Of a stretch of DNA of 64,000 nt, positions 42,323 to 55,491 are shown one piece after another. The position numbers were made by a program, and so were the translations under genes. Below the pieces are notes generated by a model. The model did not search any database. It worked only from the letters and a program-made list of their open reading frames with translations, and had not been told where the DNA came from. The stretch is from positions 140,610 to 204,609 of the forward strand of contig RQSC01000757.1 of assembly GCA_013416795.1 (NCBI GenBank), given 5' to 3'. How positions within the stretch are numbered: the stretch's first letter is position 1; the number at the start of each line of letters is the position of its first letter. This DNA is from Prasinococcaceae sp. CCMP 1430. Taxonomy: Eukaryota; Plantae; Prasinodermophyta.

Positions 42323-45300
42323 TTAGTGCTGTGCGGTGAAGAATGCCGGAGCGTGCAGAATCCAGTTGTCAATGTCCGAGGCGGGGCAGGCCACCTCGAG
42401 CTCGCAGAGCGCTGCAGATCGGCCGTAATCAAAGTAGAGCGGCACACGCAGCATGGACGTCGAAGTAGACATGTCAGCGGCGGCATGGCCTCGCGCCACC
42501 CACTCGATGGCGCAAGGCGGAGCGGGCGCCAAGTTCGGCGCGTCCGGAGCGACCTCCACCAGCACACCGCCCTGGATGGCGGCACCCTCAATGCTGAGGC
42601 CCTCGAGCAAGCAGCCGTTGGCAGGCGCCCCGGTCGCGGTGAAGCTCGTCCTCAGTGCGAGGGCCTCGAGCGGCACGCGCAGCCCGCGGGCCGCCTGCTG
42701 CGCCAGCGCCTTGAGGAAGCGCGCCGGGTTGAACAGCTGGCCCAGGTCGAGCGGGCGCGCCAGCAAGGAGCCATCGGTCGCAGCGCGCTGCCAGCCGTCC
42801 AGCGCGCCCGCGAGCCTCGCTGCAGCGCGGCAGTACGCGAGTGGCTCCTTGGGTCCCTCCCAGAGTGTGTCCCAGCTCGCGGGCACGCAGCTGGCGAGCA
42901 ACGCCTCGGCGTCGGCCTTGGTTTCTGCCGTGAGCATGTCACGCCCGCGAAGCACCGCCCCGATGGCCGCCAGCGTCTGATCGATCGCGCGCACCACCTT
43001 TCGGCCGTTTGAGCCCTCGAGCTCAACAAAGGCAGCGATGGGCGACAGCTGAGTGTTGGCACCCCTGCCGCCGGCGCGCTTGAAGCCCTCCCTGAGCTGC
43101 GGCGCACCCGTCATGAGCGACTCCCACTGCCGCATAATGGGCCCTAGGCTCACCGCCCAGCGCTCGCGCGAGAAGCCCGACCCAGCTGTGGACGCCAGCA
43201 ACGACGCCGAGCGCAGCTCCCGCAGGCGCGAGCGCACGCTGTCGGCGTTCGCCTGCACGACGGTGCGTTGGACGTTGGGCGACAGCGAGAAAAGCGCGGG
43301 TGTGTCGGCGTCGGGCATGCTCGCAATGAGTTCCAAGTAGTCCCTGTGATTCGTACTGGTGGGCAACAGCAAGCCCGTGCCCGGCATGGGCCTGCCGGAG
43401 ACCGCCTGCTGGCAGAAGTACCGGCGTAGGTAGGCATTCAACACGCGCACGTCATACGGGTTGTCCACGCGGCCGCCATAGATGGCCTGCGCGAGAAGGC
43501 CGTGCAGGTACTTCCACTTGATGCCGGATGAGTCCCCGCCCTTGCACGCGATCTCGAGGATGTCCGAGGCGCAGCGCAGGTCGGCGAAGGAAAATTCGTA
43601 GAACTTGGTCCAGCCTTGCACACCGTACGTCCGCCGCTCCTGCACGATCGCGTTGAACCACGCCAGGCAGAAGAGCATCTGCGCGCGCGCTACCGAGCCC
43701 TGACCAACAAAAGTGGTGGGCCACGCGTCATACGAGCGCTGCAAGTTCTTCTTGATGCCCGGCGGTGACTCATACGACACCTTGAGCGAGTTGGCGAGCA
43801 GGCCGGCGGGCACACCGTCGTGCTCCTGCGTCGTGCAGAAGAGGCGGAACGACTCGTGCGGCTCCAGCGCGTGGATCTCCTTCTCGAGAATGGGGAGGAA
43901 CGAGAGCGACAGGTGCAGGTTCTTGAGACACAGCCAGTCGCCCTTGGCGGCACATTCGCGCAGCAGTGCCAGCGCCGGCTCCGCCTGGCCCTGGCCCATC
44001 GCAACCTGCCTGAAGCGCTCCAATCCTACCATGCGCCCGGCAAACTCCTCGAGCTCCTGCGATGGGTCACTGCCAGTCGACGTGATGAAGACCACCGGCT
44101 CGCTCGATATGCTCTCCGCGTGAAGCCTGGCCAGGCCGCCGCTCGGCGCAGGCAGCGTGCGGCAACCAAGAGCCTCACACACGTACGCCTCCATCGCCGC
44201 CTGCAGCCTGTCAGGACGAACAGCGTCCACGAGCATGAGCCTCGCAAGCGGACTGGCGCTGCTCCCAGCGACGCCCTGCGGGAAGGAGGCTTCGCACTGC
44301 GGCTGAGCCGCCCACGAGGCCCACTCCTGCCCGGCCTGTGCGCACGCGTGACCAACCTCTGGGAAGGCCGATGCAAGCGCGGCGAACTTGTGCGCCCGCT
44401 CGTTCGGCACCCACGCTGGCGCGCGGCCGTCCGCGCCAGCGCCTCCCTCCATGGCCGCTTGGCCAAGGAAGTGATCCCACGCGGGGTCGGACATACCCTC
44501 CTCAGCGTCCAGCGTGTCGCCGCCGGCCGCCCTGCCAGCGATCGCCTCGGCAGCAATCGCGTGCGCCAGATGCATGCCAAAGGTGAGTCTGTCCGCCTTG
44601 AATAGCGTGCGTACCACGTAGCCGTGCACCAGCGATAACAGCGTGGCCAGCAGCACGCTCATGCGCGCGCCCAAGTCGTTGGCGGGCGCCTCCGACTCGA
44701 GCGCGCGCTCGAAGAGCCGCTGGAATGTCGACTGCGAGAAGCGGTACATATGTGACAGGTGCGAGAGGTCACCGAGCAGGAAGAACAGTGCAGCACCACG
44801 CGACGCGAGAGGCTTGTACACGCTGCGCTGCGCGTCAAGGGTCACCTGCAGCTTGTGCGCCTCCTCGAGGCTCTTCTCGATGGTCACAGCCTTCACCTTG
44901 GTCTCCTCTAGCGAGCTGATGAGCGCGCGATTCTCAAGCAGGTTGCCCTCCGAGGTGGCGAGCGCGTCCAGCAGCGCCTCCTCGAGCGTGACGAGCTCAA
45001 GGCGCAGCTCCTCCTCCTTCTTGAGGAGCTCGCTCTTTTGGCGTTCGAGCTCCGGCTGCTCGTGCGTGATGGCGATACCCAGAAGCTGGCTCTCCACCCC
45101 GCCGCGCGTCACGTTGCAGTTGATCGACGTCACCAAGTGCCGCGCGTCGGGAGGCAAGCTCGGCGCAGGCGATCGCGTCACCAGGAAGAGCCTGAAGTCC
45201 TCGTTGTAGTCGACCAGCTTGTCGCCGACCTGCACGGCGAGCCGCGGGCCCTGGCGGACGAGGTCCTTACGTAGAATGGGGTATAGGATCGGCTCGATGT

Positions 45301-48300
45301 GGTCGGCCTCGCGCACCACAATGGTCTTGCCGAAGCGCACGGCGAGCTCCAGCGCGTTGGTGAAGCGCTCCTCGTGCATCGCCACGCTTTCCACGCTCGA
45401 GCCCGACGAATCGCCCTTGGCGCCCGAGCCGCGCAGGTGCGTTTCAAGCCAGTGCGCGGTGTGGCTCGAGGGGTCCACGATGAGCGGCGGCTGCGTCGAA
45501 TTGAGCACGCAGACGGCGTTGGCCGCGCTCAGAGGGTCTGCCGGCAGGCCCTCGGCCTTCCACAGCAGCATCTCGCTCTCGCTAGACATGAAGCGCGCCA
45601 GGTCGAAGCCTTCCATTCCCATTGCTGACGTCCACTGGCGCGTGTAGTTCGCTCGCATCTCTTCGGCCTGCGGCGCGAGATAAGTGATGGACGCTGCGGC
45701 GAGCATCATCTTCGTCGGCAGGGCAGTGACCTCCTACGAGAGCGAGCGCACCTGTCTCTCCCAGCGGCTCTTCTCGCCGCCGAGCTTTGAGAGCAGCGAC
45801 TGAGCCGCACCCAGCTGCTCGGTGGCGCGCTGCAGGCCGAACTTGAGTTGCTCGGCCTCCATGGTGCGCTGCTGGAAGTCGGCCTTGAGCGCGGCTACGC
45901 GGTCGTCGAGCGTTGCGAGCTCCTCCTCGCACGCGCGCAGACGCACCCTGGACTCATCGAGTGATGCGCTCAAGTGGTCCATCTCGCTCTCGAGCGGCCC
46001 AATTTTGGCCAGGATGTACGAATACTGGACGTTGGCCTTCACCCACGCAGCGAGCGGCGCGGCGGCCACGCTGCTCTTGTAGATGACGGCATGCTCAAAG
46101 GAGTTGCCCTTCTGGCGCAGCAGTTTCTCGACGGCGTCGCGCGCCGCCGGGGTAATGTCGTGCGGGTCGAAGTTGAGGATCTGCTCCTTGACGCCCCGCA
46201 CGCCCAGGAACTTCTTCATGGCGGTCCACGAGGTGTCCGCGCCGCCGAAGAGGCGGATGACTCCTTCGAGCACGTCGCGAATGGGGTCCGGCGGCACCTT
46301 GAGCGAGCGGATCTCTGTCAGGTTTTCGCTCTTGACTTGCCCCACGGCCGCCCTGGCAGCGTCCACCATGGGTTGGATCTCCGCGAGCTCGGAGGCCACC
46401 GCGCCCTTGCGCTGCTTGAGTTCGGTCTCTTCCGTGCCCAGGCGCTGCTGCAGCACGGTGACCTCGTTGCGCGAGTCGCTCGCGCTCTGCATTGCGAGCG
46501 TGATCTGCCCCAGCGCCTGCTCCGCCTGCTCCTGCTTCTCCTCGAGCGCGGCGCGCTGACGCTGTGCCTGAACGCTAAGCTCATCGACTGTCGCCTCGGC
46601 TTCGGCGAGCTTCTGCAGGCCACTCGAAGTGGACGCGCGCTGTTTCAGAAGCGAGGCACGCTTCGCGCTGAACAGCGACGCGTATGTGGCCACGAAGGCT
46701 ACGAACTGGCGCGGCGTGGCACCCTCCAGCCGCTGCGTGTCGTGAATCGCTATCATCTGCGCGACGATGCGCTTGCCATCGTCCTTGTTGCTCTCGGCAA
46801 TCACGGCCTTGAGGAGCTTCGCAGGCACAGCCCCCATCCCCGTCGGCGACCATCCGTTGGTCCACAGCAGCGTGCACCGCGTGAAAAGCGCCGGGTTGCT
46901 GTCGCACCGCAGCGAGTAGCCGTCGGCGGACGGATCCATCGACAGTACGATGCGGAGGTTGGCGCGAACGCGTACGACGAAGAACTCGTACAGCGTACGG
47001 CACTTGAAGCGGAAGCCGTGCTGCGAGAATGCCTCCCTGAGCGGTCCCAGCGAGGTCTCGAGCTCCTCGTTGCTGAAGAGGCCGGGTATCTCCCCGCCGC
47101 TCAGCAAAGAGTTCAAGCACTCAAGGAATGTGGCCTCACCCAGGTTGTGGTCCTCCACGAAGAGCACGCAAGCCTCGCCCTCCACGCCGGCGCGCAGCAT
47201 GGACGCCTTGAGGTCCGCGCGCAGTGCCTTGAGGTCGTAGCCGCGTCCCATCCTGAGCGTGACCATTTCGAGGCGCAGCGCGTACGCCGCCAGCGTGACC
47301 GCCGACCGGCGGCCAACGCCCGAGGGTCCATTGAGCAGAAGGCAGCCGCCCGGGTTGCTGAGCGCGCGTTCAATTCGCGCGATGCGCTGCACCACATCAG
47401 TAAAAAGAAAGATGTTGAGCTGCTTGAACTCGCGCTCGTAGCGCATCAGAAGGTCCTGGACGAGCGGGACGTAGTCAACCACGGGCAGGCGAACCAGCTG
47501 CGGCGCAGTGGGCACGCTGTCGCCGCCGCCGCCACCCACCGGCGGGGGCACGGTGAGCGTCGTAAAGATGGTGTCGCGGGAATCGGGCGCCTGGCCCCAG
47601 TGGGAACGAAGCTGGTCCGTAAGAATGTCCTCGAAGCGCGCCTCGTCCTCGGCACTCACCATCCGGTCGCCGAAGTGCCGCCAGGCGGCGTGTGCAACCG
47701 CCTCGAGCACGGTACCGGCGCCGCCGCCGACCGCGTCGTAGCGACGCAGCGCCTGCGCCCACGCGGTCAGATCGCGCGGCGTTAGCTGGTAGTGGCGGTG
47801 CGTCTCGGCGCTGAAGGCTTCCCGCATGCCCTCGTACACGTCGAGGATGGTGCCCGCGAGTCTTGCGGCAGGCGCGTCGCCCGCCCACTGCGCGTCGTTG
47901 CCGCCGGTCATTTCCTTCAAGATGGGCACGAGCATGCGAGCGTAGACGTCCGTCAGCTGATCGCGGTCGGGGAAGGACATGAAACCGAGCCGAACCACCG
48001 CCGTGAGGCGAGTGGTGAGCGCGTGGCGACCAACGGTGGTCTCCGGGTTCATAGTGCACACGATCTGGATGCGCTCGAGGGTAATGAACTCAAGCGAGTC
48101 GTCGTAATAGCCGTTGTACGTAACCAGCTGCTGCAGGAAGGATGAGAGCTGCGACGTGTCATACTTGTCGGGCTTGGGAAGATTGCACTCGCGCAGATAC
48201 AGAATGAGGCGCTCGCTGTCGCGGGGCCGCAACACCTTGCCCACGGCAGTAGTGGCCGGCGCGCCACACATCTGCGACAGCTTCTGCAGCACGGCGCGGG

Positions 48301-51300
48301 TGTCCGTCTGTGCCGAGCAGAAAATGGTCGCCACGCCCGCGCCGCTCAGCCGCTCGAAGCAGTGGGCAAGCAGCGTCGACTTGCCCGCGCCGTCGGGGCC
48401 CGACAGGATGACCGGCTCGCCGCGCTCCAGCCAGGGCATCACCAGTGCCGCATTTGCACGCATATCGTGGGTCGGCACGAAGACATGTGCGGCATCATCG
48501 TCGCCATCGGCGTCGTCATCCTCATCGCCTTCACGATACGCCTCAGGCGGGCGCAGCAGTTCGTCGGCGAGCACCTCGCCACTCCAGCGCTCCACCTCTG
48601 CGTACAGCTCGTGGCGGGTGTCGAGCGGCAGGTTGGCGCCGAAGCCGCGCGCCACGCCAAGCGCGTAGCCGCGCGGCGTGGCGTCGTCGGGTCCGGTGGG
48701 CAGGCAGCTCAGCGCGTTGGCAATGAGGCCTGCACGCGTGGTGGGCACTGCCGGTGGGTGCGCCTGCGCCCAGTCGAGTGCCCTGTAAAAGAGGTCGGCG
48801 GTCGCACGCTCCGCGACAGGGCGCAGCTCCTCCGGTAGCGTCCCCAGCCACTTTCGCACCAGCAGCTTGGCGTCGAGGGCTTCCTCGCTCAGCACGATCA
48901 TGCCCATGCGGCTCACGGTTGCACGGCTGGCGAACTCGAGCGAGTGCGTCTCGAACAGGAAGTTGACGTTGTGCGCGAACTGGATGCGCTCGCCATTAGG
49001 GACTATTCGAGCTCGCGCCGAGCCAGGCAGCGCGGGTGGCGCCTGTCAGCGCCGTGCACGTGCCATCCATACGATGCGCGGGCGGCGGGGGGAGCTCTCG
49101 GACGCAGAGCGCTCGCGAGGCAGAGAGCGCACACAAAACATCGAGCTGCAAGGGGCGTGGCGTCAGCGCACCGCGCCAGCTGGCACCACGTACGCGTCAT
49201 GAGCTTGTTGTCGTCGAGCACGCTGTTGAGGCTCTCAATCCACACGGGGTCGACATCGCCGTCGATGACGATCCAACTGTGCGTGTCGAGGCTTTCGCGC
49301 ACAACCTGTCTGGCGGCGGCCACCATGACGCCGTCGTGCATCTCGCGAGTGTCCGGGTCCATGTAACCGAGGAGCTGCTCGCGTGGGATGGCCTTGGGAT
49401 TCATGACGTGCAGCTTGGGCGCACCCGCCGGCGTCTTGGCCAGCGCCAGCTCCAGAATGCGCCACAGCGTCGTCTTCCCGCAGCCCGAGGGCCCGACGAC
49501 GACCACGCCGATGCGCTGCGACAACGCGACGTGCAGCTGCATGACCTTCTGCACGTGCGCGTCGACCACCTCCAGCCCCATGTCTGACATCGCCGCGCGG
49601 ATGGCCGCTTCCATGTTGGCGTCGCCCGAGTCGTCCACGCGCACGCCGACGAACACATCGCCCACGAGCGCGTTGAAGCGCGCGACGTCCACGTGGGCGA
49701 GCTTGGGCAGCGTGCACACCCGCAGCGCGCGCACCAGCAGCTGCGACTCGAGCGACTCGTCAATGACGGATCCCCTCTCGCGCTCGGCCTGAAGGAGCAC
49801 CCCGGCGATAGACAGCGCGGTCTTCATGCTGCGTAGGCCCCAGTCGTATTGCACAGCCGCGCTGAGCAGCGCCTTCGAGGTGTCGAAGACCGCGACCAGT
49901 TTGCGCCCGAGCGCGCGCGCGTGCGCGTACCCCTCGCCGAGCAGCATCACCTCCGAGATGAGCTCGTTATTCGGCTTGGACATGGCTACCTGGCGGAAGA
50001 GCGCCTTGAGGTTGTCCGGCAGCTTGGAGCGACCCCCGTAGCCCTTGCCCGCTGGGTTGAGCGTGACGAAGATGCCAGCATTCTTGTTGACGTCCACGGT
50101 CCGCCCCAGGAACTCCATGGTCTCGGCACGCTGCTTGAGCGCGAACTGAATCGTTTGGATCTGCTGAGAGACCGCGCTGAGCACGTCGGGGAGCAGGCGG
50201 TTGAACTCGTCGAAGCAGCCCCACGCGCCGCATTTGGCGAGGCCGACGAAGATGCGCGCCATCGCGTGCATATCGAAGGCCTCATCGCAATTAAAAACCA
50301 GGCACTGTCGGCCGAAGGCCTGCGCCAGCGACTTGACACTCTCTGTCTTGCCGGTGCCTGCGGGCCCGTAGGGGTTGCCGCCCGCGCCCAGGTGCATGGC
50401 GGCCGTCAGCGTCAGATAGCACTTGTCCGTGAGCGGTGTGTACACGAGCTTGGGCGCGTTGCCCTGGTACTCGAACGTGTAGTCGCCGTAGTACTCGCCC
50501 ATGGCGCACGCCGCGCCGCCGCCCTTTGTGGCGTAGTACCGCAGTTGGCGATACCACGTGTAGTCGTCGAGCGAGCGCACGCCAGCGTCGGCCAGCTGAT
50601 CAACCACGTCGATCAGATGGATGACGTCAAGGACGAGCGCTTTGATCTTGAGGTTGAGCACCTTGTGGCCCGTGACATTCAGGCTCGTGTACTCGCGCAG
50701 CTGCTCGCTGAGCTTGCCGTGAAGCTGCTTGAGCGTCCCGCCCCTGATGGCCGCCTCGGCCTCCTGTGTGAAGTGCACGGCGTCAGCGAGGCCTAGCACC
50801 TGGCTAGGGATGGCGTCGTAGTCCTTCTCAGCCAGGCAGCGCTTCAGAAGGCCCTTGAGCGTGCCGACCATCTCCACGGAGAGCGCACCGAGCCACTCCT
50901 CGACGGAATCCGTCACGGCGACAGGCCGAGCGAGCGGCACGACTTCGCCGGCGGCCGACTGCATGCCCACGATGGCCTTGTTCTCTGCGCCGAAGCGCAC
51001 GGTGTGCACGCCCGCAAAGAGCTTTTTGAGGTGGCTCTGGATGACGGTGGGATCCTTGGACTGGCCGAGGATCTGCAGCAGGTCGTCGTCACCGATGAAG
51101 TAGAAGCGGGGAAACATGGAGCGCTTCTGCTCCAAGAAGACGGCCAGGGCCTTCTGGCAGTGTTCGAGCTGCTCCGTCATCCGGGGCAAGATGTGGAGCA
51201 GGCGTGGAAACTCGGAGAACGACACCACCAGCGGGTCGTTCTTCACGGCGCCCATGATGCGGCGGAAGTCGTCGTCGACCTTGCGGAAGCGCGCCTGCTC

Positions 51301-54300
51301 GTTGGGCAGCGCGCCGCGCCCGAAGATCGGCTGCAGGTAGACCCAGCGTCGCTGCACGCCGTTGAGCTGCGCGAGAGCATCGGCGAGCGTCGCCAGGCGC
51401 CGCCCCCACACGTCCGCCTCGTCCTTGAAGGCCGCAAAGAAGGGCGAGTCCTTGAGCGAGCCCAGAAGCGACTGGTTGTCGCCAACCTCGGTGAGAAGCT
51501 CTTTCCACTCCTTGATGAGCACCGTGCGTCGCACGGGCGCCGTGGCGGTCTCGTGCGGCACCACGGCGAATTGGCGCTCGAAGCCCCACACCTGCAGCTG
51601 CTCGAGCGCCTCGCGCAGCACGGTCTCGCCCTGCGCCTGCGCGTGCAGGTGCTTGAGCTGCTCAACATTGGCGAGCAGGCGCTGCGCCTTGCCCACGAAG
51701 GTGCCCAGGGTGAGCTCATCGACCTTGGTGCTCGTGGGCAGGCCGAGCAGGCTGAACATCTGGGCCCAGTGCGTGGGCTGGTAGCCGTCACCGCGCACGT
51801 ACGTGAGCGCCGGCACGGCCTTACGGTAGCCCTCGATTTCGCGCATGAGCATGAGCGCCACGGCGTCCTTGCCCGCCCCGCCGCGGTCCTTGACGCGCGT
51901 CGCCCACCGGGTGAGGAAGTCCTCGAAGTCAAAGAGGCGCGCGCGCACGGAGAACCAGTCCTTGCCCATCTGCTCACGCTTTGCCACGTCGAACTCGCCG
52001 TACACGGACCACGCCTCCTTCGTGGTCTCGATGTCCTCCTTGCACTCAGCGAGCGTCGTGAAGTCGGGCGGGTCGAGATCGAACGCGGCGCAGTTGGACG
52101 ACAGCCGCGCGGCATCCTCGCCGAGATCCACGAGCGCGGCCGCGTAGTCGTCGATCTTGGAGAGCGTCACCGACGCGTCGCCCTCGGGCACGCCCTGCGG
52201 CTTCAGCTGCAGCCAGCGCTCGCGGAAGGACTCGCACCGCAGCGCGAACTCGCGCAGCTCGCGCTCGATCCGCGACTTGAGCTGGTCCTTTTGCTCCTCG
52301 AGCCGCGCGCCATGCTGCTCGAGCTGCTGGAGGAAGCTGTCCCAGTCGTTGCTCAGGCCGCTCAAGTCGACGAGGTGCACGCTGGCCCCCTTGCCGCCGC
52401 CGCCGGCGTAATGGCGCAGCAGCTTGTTCTTTTCCTCGCAGCGGCGCTTGAGCGTGCCCATCGTGGGGATGTTCTGCACGAGCGCCTGCGCCTCGGCGCG
52501 CGCCTCGCCGATCTCCTCGAGGCTGGCGGCGTTCGCCTCGAGCATCTGGCGCCCCTTGCGCATCCACTCGTCGATCTGCTCCTTGTCGGCCTGCGCCTTG
52601 CGGCGCAGCGAGCCCAGGAGCGCTTCGTGGACCCCCTTGATCTGCTCGTCGATGGCCGACTTGACGGGCGCCAGGGAGACCAGGTAGCAGTCCACCTTGA
52701 GGCTCGCGGGCACGCGCTCGCTCGCGCGCTGGCGCTCGCGCAGCGACTTGAAGTTGGCGTCGTACTCCTGCACGGTGTCCACGTGCTCGTCGACGAAGGC
52801 CTCCATGTCTTCGACGGTGCCCAGCGCCACCCAGTCCTGCAGGCGCTTGAGCTCGTCCTGCAGGCGCATGAAGAGCGTCTCCGAGCGCTCGTGCACGCGG
52901 GCGATGGCAGCGCCGTAGCCCTCGGTCATGCGCCGGAAGAAGGTCGCCTCCGAGACGCCCCTGAAGGAGCCGGGGATGCCCAGGAACTGCTTGACGGACT
53001 TGTAGTGCGCCGCGCGCATCTGCTCGAGCGGCGGGTCGAACTGCAGGCGGCGGTGCTTGAAGACCATGCGCACCTCTGTCTGCGGCATGTGCTCGTTGAG
53101 GCACTCGAGGCCCACCTGGTACTGGTACTGCAAGACCTTGAACAGCTGGTAGTCCCAGTGCATGCGCCACTCGCGCGTGTCGTTTGGGTTCAGCCCCATG
53201 CTGCGCTCGATCTTGTCGAAGGACAGGCGCAGGTCCTTGATGCCCTCCTTCCAGCGGTCGCGGGCGCGCACGAGGTCGACCGACATGAGCGCGGCCACCT
53301 TGTCGCGCACGCGCGCGTGGTGCGCGCGCAGGCGGCGGTTCTTCGACGTGAGATTTGAGCAGGCCGCCTGCAGGCGCCCCACGTAGCCCTCGAGCTCGCT
53401 GACGTTGCTCCAGGTGAGCGGGGCGCCCATGGCCGTGCGCCCGTTCTTGATGACTTCCTCGAAGCGCAGCGCGTCCTCGAGCATGAGGCCCTTCTGACAC
53501 TGGAGCATCTCGTGCTGGATGTTGTTGTAGAAGTTGGCGACCTGCTTGAGCACCATCGCGTGGCGGTAGAAGCGCGCGGCGGTTTCCGCCGCCCGCGCGA
53601 GGTCGGGCGGCACGGCGAAGCCCAGCGCGCTCAGCTGGCGCACCTCGCGCAGCAGCGTCACCAGCTGGGGCTTGTAGTGCACCTCTACGTGGCCGTCGAC
53701 CATGTCGAGCGCCATGATCTTGCCGCTCGTCTCCAGCGAGAAGTCCTCGAGCGTCGCCTGCGTGTCCGCCTTCCACTCTTCGAAGTCGCGCTGCGAGCTC
53801 TCGCGCAGCTCGCGCGCGAGATCCTGCGCCATCAGTCCGAAGTCGGTCGGCGCGCGCTCGCCGCCGCCCCCCAGCAGAGCCTCGAAGGTCTGCTCCGCCT
53901 CGGCCACCTTGGCGCGGCACTGCGCGCTCCACGCGAGCCGGGCCACGCTCGCGGGCGCCAGCCGCCGCCCGCCGCCGCCGCCGCCGGCCTGGGCGTCCAT
54001 GTCCGAGCGGATGTTGCTCAGGTGCGACAGCGCGAGCCGCTGCAGCGTCTCCCGCTCCGGCCCGAGCGACGCCGCCACGCCGGGCCGGGCCATGAGCCCG
54101 CCCAGCCGTCGGAGCTCGCGGAAGACCTGCTGCGGCTGGGCGGCCGCCGCCGCGCCCCTGTCGCCGTGGGCGCCGACGGCGGCCGACAGGCTCGGGATGA
54201 CGACGGACGCGAGATGCTCTCGCAGGCGCTCCCCCACGCGCGCCTCGGCGGGCGCCGCGCCCGCCTCGTACTCCGCGCAGGCCGTCGCCCAGGTCGCGTC

Positions 54301-55443
54301 GGACAGTCCGCCCACGCGCAGGGGCTCGCAGTACCCGCTCGCGAAGGGCGCGAACGCATCGTCCAGGCGCAGCACGCGGACGTCCTCGGGCCCCAGCAGG
54401 CGGCGCATCTCGTGGTGGGCGTCGAGCATCTGCAGGATGGCCTCGCAGCGGCCGCCGAAGGCGCCCACCGCGGACACGTCGTACGCGGCGCCCTCCCAGG
54501 GGTGCGCTTTGGTCTGCAGCCAGATGCCCTGCGTGAGGTCGCTGACGGCCCTCTCCCAGCGCGCGCTCAGGCGCATCGCGAAGCGCAGCTCGGAGTCGAC
54601 GCGCGCGCGGTTCGCGCGGGGAGGCCACACGCCGCCGGCGAGCTTGCCGCGCGTGTACGCGGCGAAGGCCTCGCCGACGCAGCCCAGCAGGTGCGCCATG
54701 CGCCGCTGCGGGTACGCCTGCTCGCCGAGCCCCCACAGCGCGTCCAGCGCGTCGCGCGTGGCCTCGAGGAGCTCCAAGACCCCCTCGTGATCGAGCGCGC
54801 CCAGGTCGCCGAACTCCGCCCTGATGGGGTCGAACTCGCGGCACACCTCGCCGGCGGCGTCCCTCACGTGCGGCGCCGAGCGCGCCGAGCCGGCCAGGTC
54901 CTCCCAGAAGGACATCTCGTCGGAGGGCGTGGCGATGCCCGCCAGCGGCGCGGTGGCGGGGTCCGCGCGCTTCGACGAGCCGCCGCCGCGGCGCACGGCC
55001 GCGCCCAGCCCCGCCTCGACCTCGCGCACCAGCGCGCTCAGGTCGCCGTCCGCGGCCGCGCCGGCGGCGCCCTCCCGTTCGGCGTCCGCGCCGCGCTTGC
55101 CGCCGCGCGCGCCCACCAGCGGCGCGTAGACGCTCTTCACGCTGCGGTAGAACGCCGCCAGCAGCTGCGACGACGCGAACGAGCTCACCACCAGCTTGTG
55201 CGGCAGGTCGTTCAGCGAGAGCGCGCCCGGCGTCGCCTTGGAGAGGACGATGTGGTACGCGCCGCTGTCGTCGCCCGCGCTCACGTCGTTGGACAGCGCG
55301 ATCGGCGCGCAGGCGTCGCCCGCGGCGTCGCCCGCGACGGTCGCCCTGAGCGTGGCCACCGCAGGGTCGTCAAGGAAGGCCGCGAGCGCCCCCGAGTCGT
55401 CGGCGCGCACGCGCACCGCCGCGCGCGCCCTCTCCGGCGCGTC
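42323..55443 (-). CDS. DYNC2H1: Cytoplasmic dynein-2 heavy chain (retrograde IFT motor, DHC1b); exons 49194-55443 and 42323-49002; in-frame TAG at 45734-45736; start lost in gap
   Basis: P-loops are GPAGTGKT (AAA1), GPSGCGKT (AAA2), GPDGAGKS (AAA3) and the dynein-2-type GPSGVGRR (AAA4). The stalk, MTBD and AAA5/6 are present. The intron at 49003-49193 restores DDNKLMT|LPNGERIQF. The total is ~4300 codons. Confidence 0.95.
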
Positions 55444-55491
55444 NNNNNNNNNNNNNNNNNNNNNNNNNNNNNNNNNNNNNNNNNNNNNNNN
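55444..55491. other. Assembly gap (48 N)
   Basis: Run of N; the sequence beyond it does not continue the dynein frame. Confidence 1.

Noticed and set aside
45734-45736. Genome-wide reassignment of TAG to an amino acid
   Set aside because: TAG sits at plausible natural C-termini of several genes in this window (acetamidase, FIG4, HutX-like, protease, SulP).
45734-45736. A-to-I editing of TAG to Trp as the likely explanation
   Set aside because: The homologous residue is recalled as Glu, not Trp, so this is less parsimonious than an error or a nonsense mutation. It is kept only as a minor alternative.
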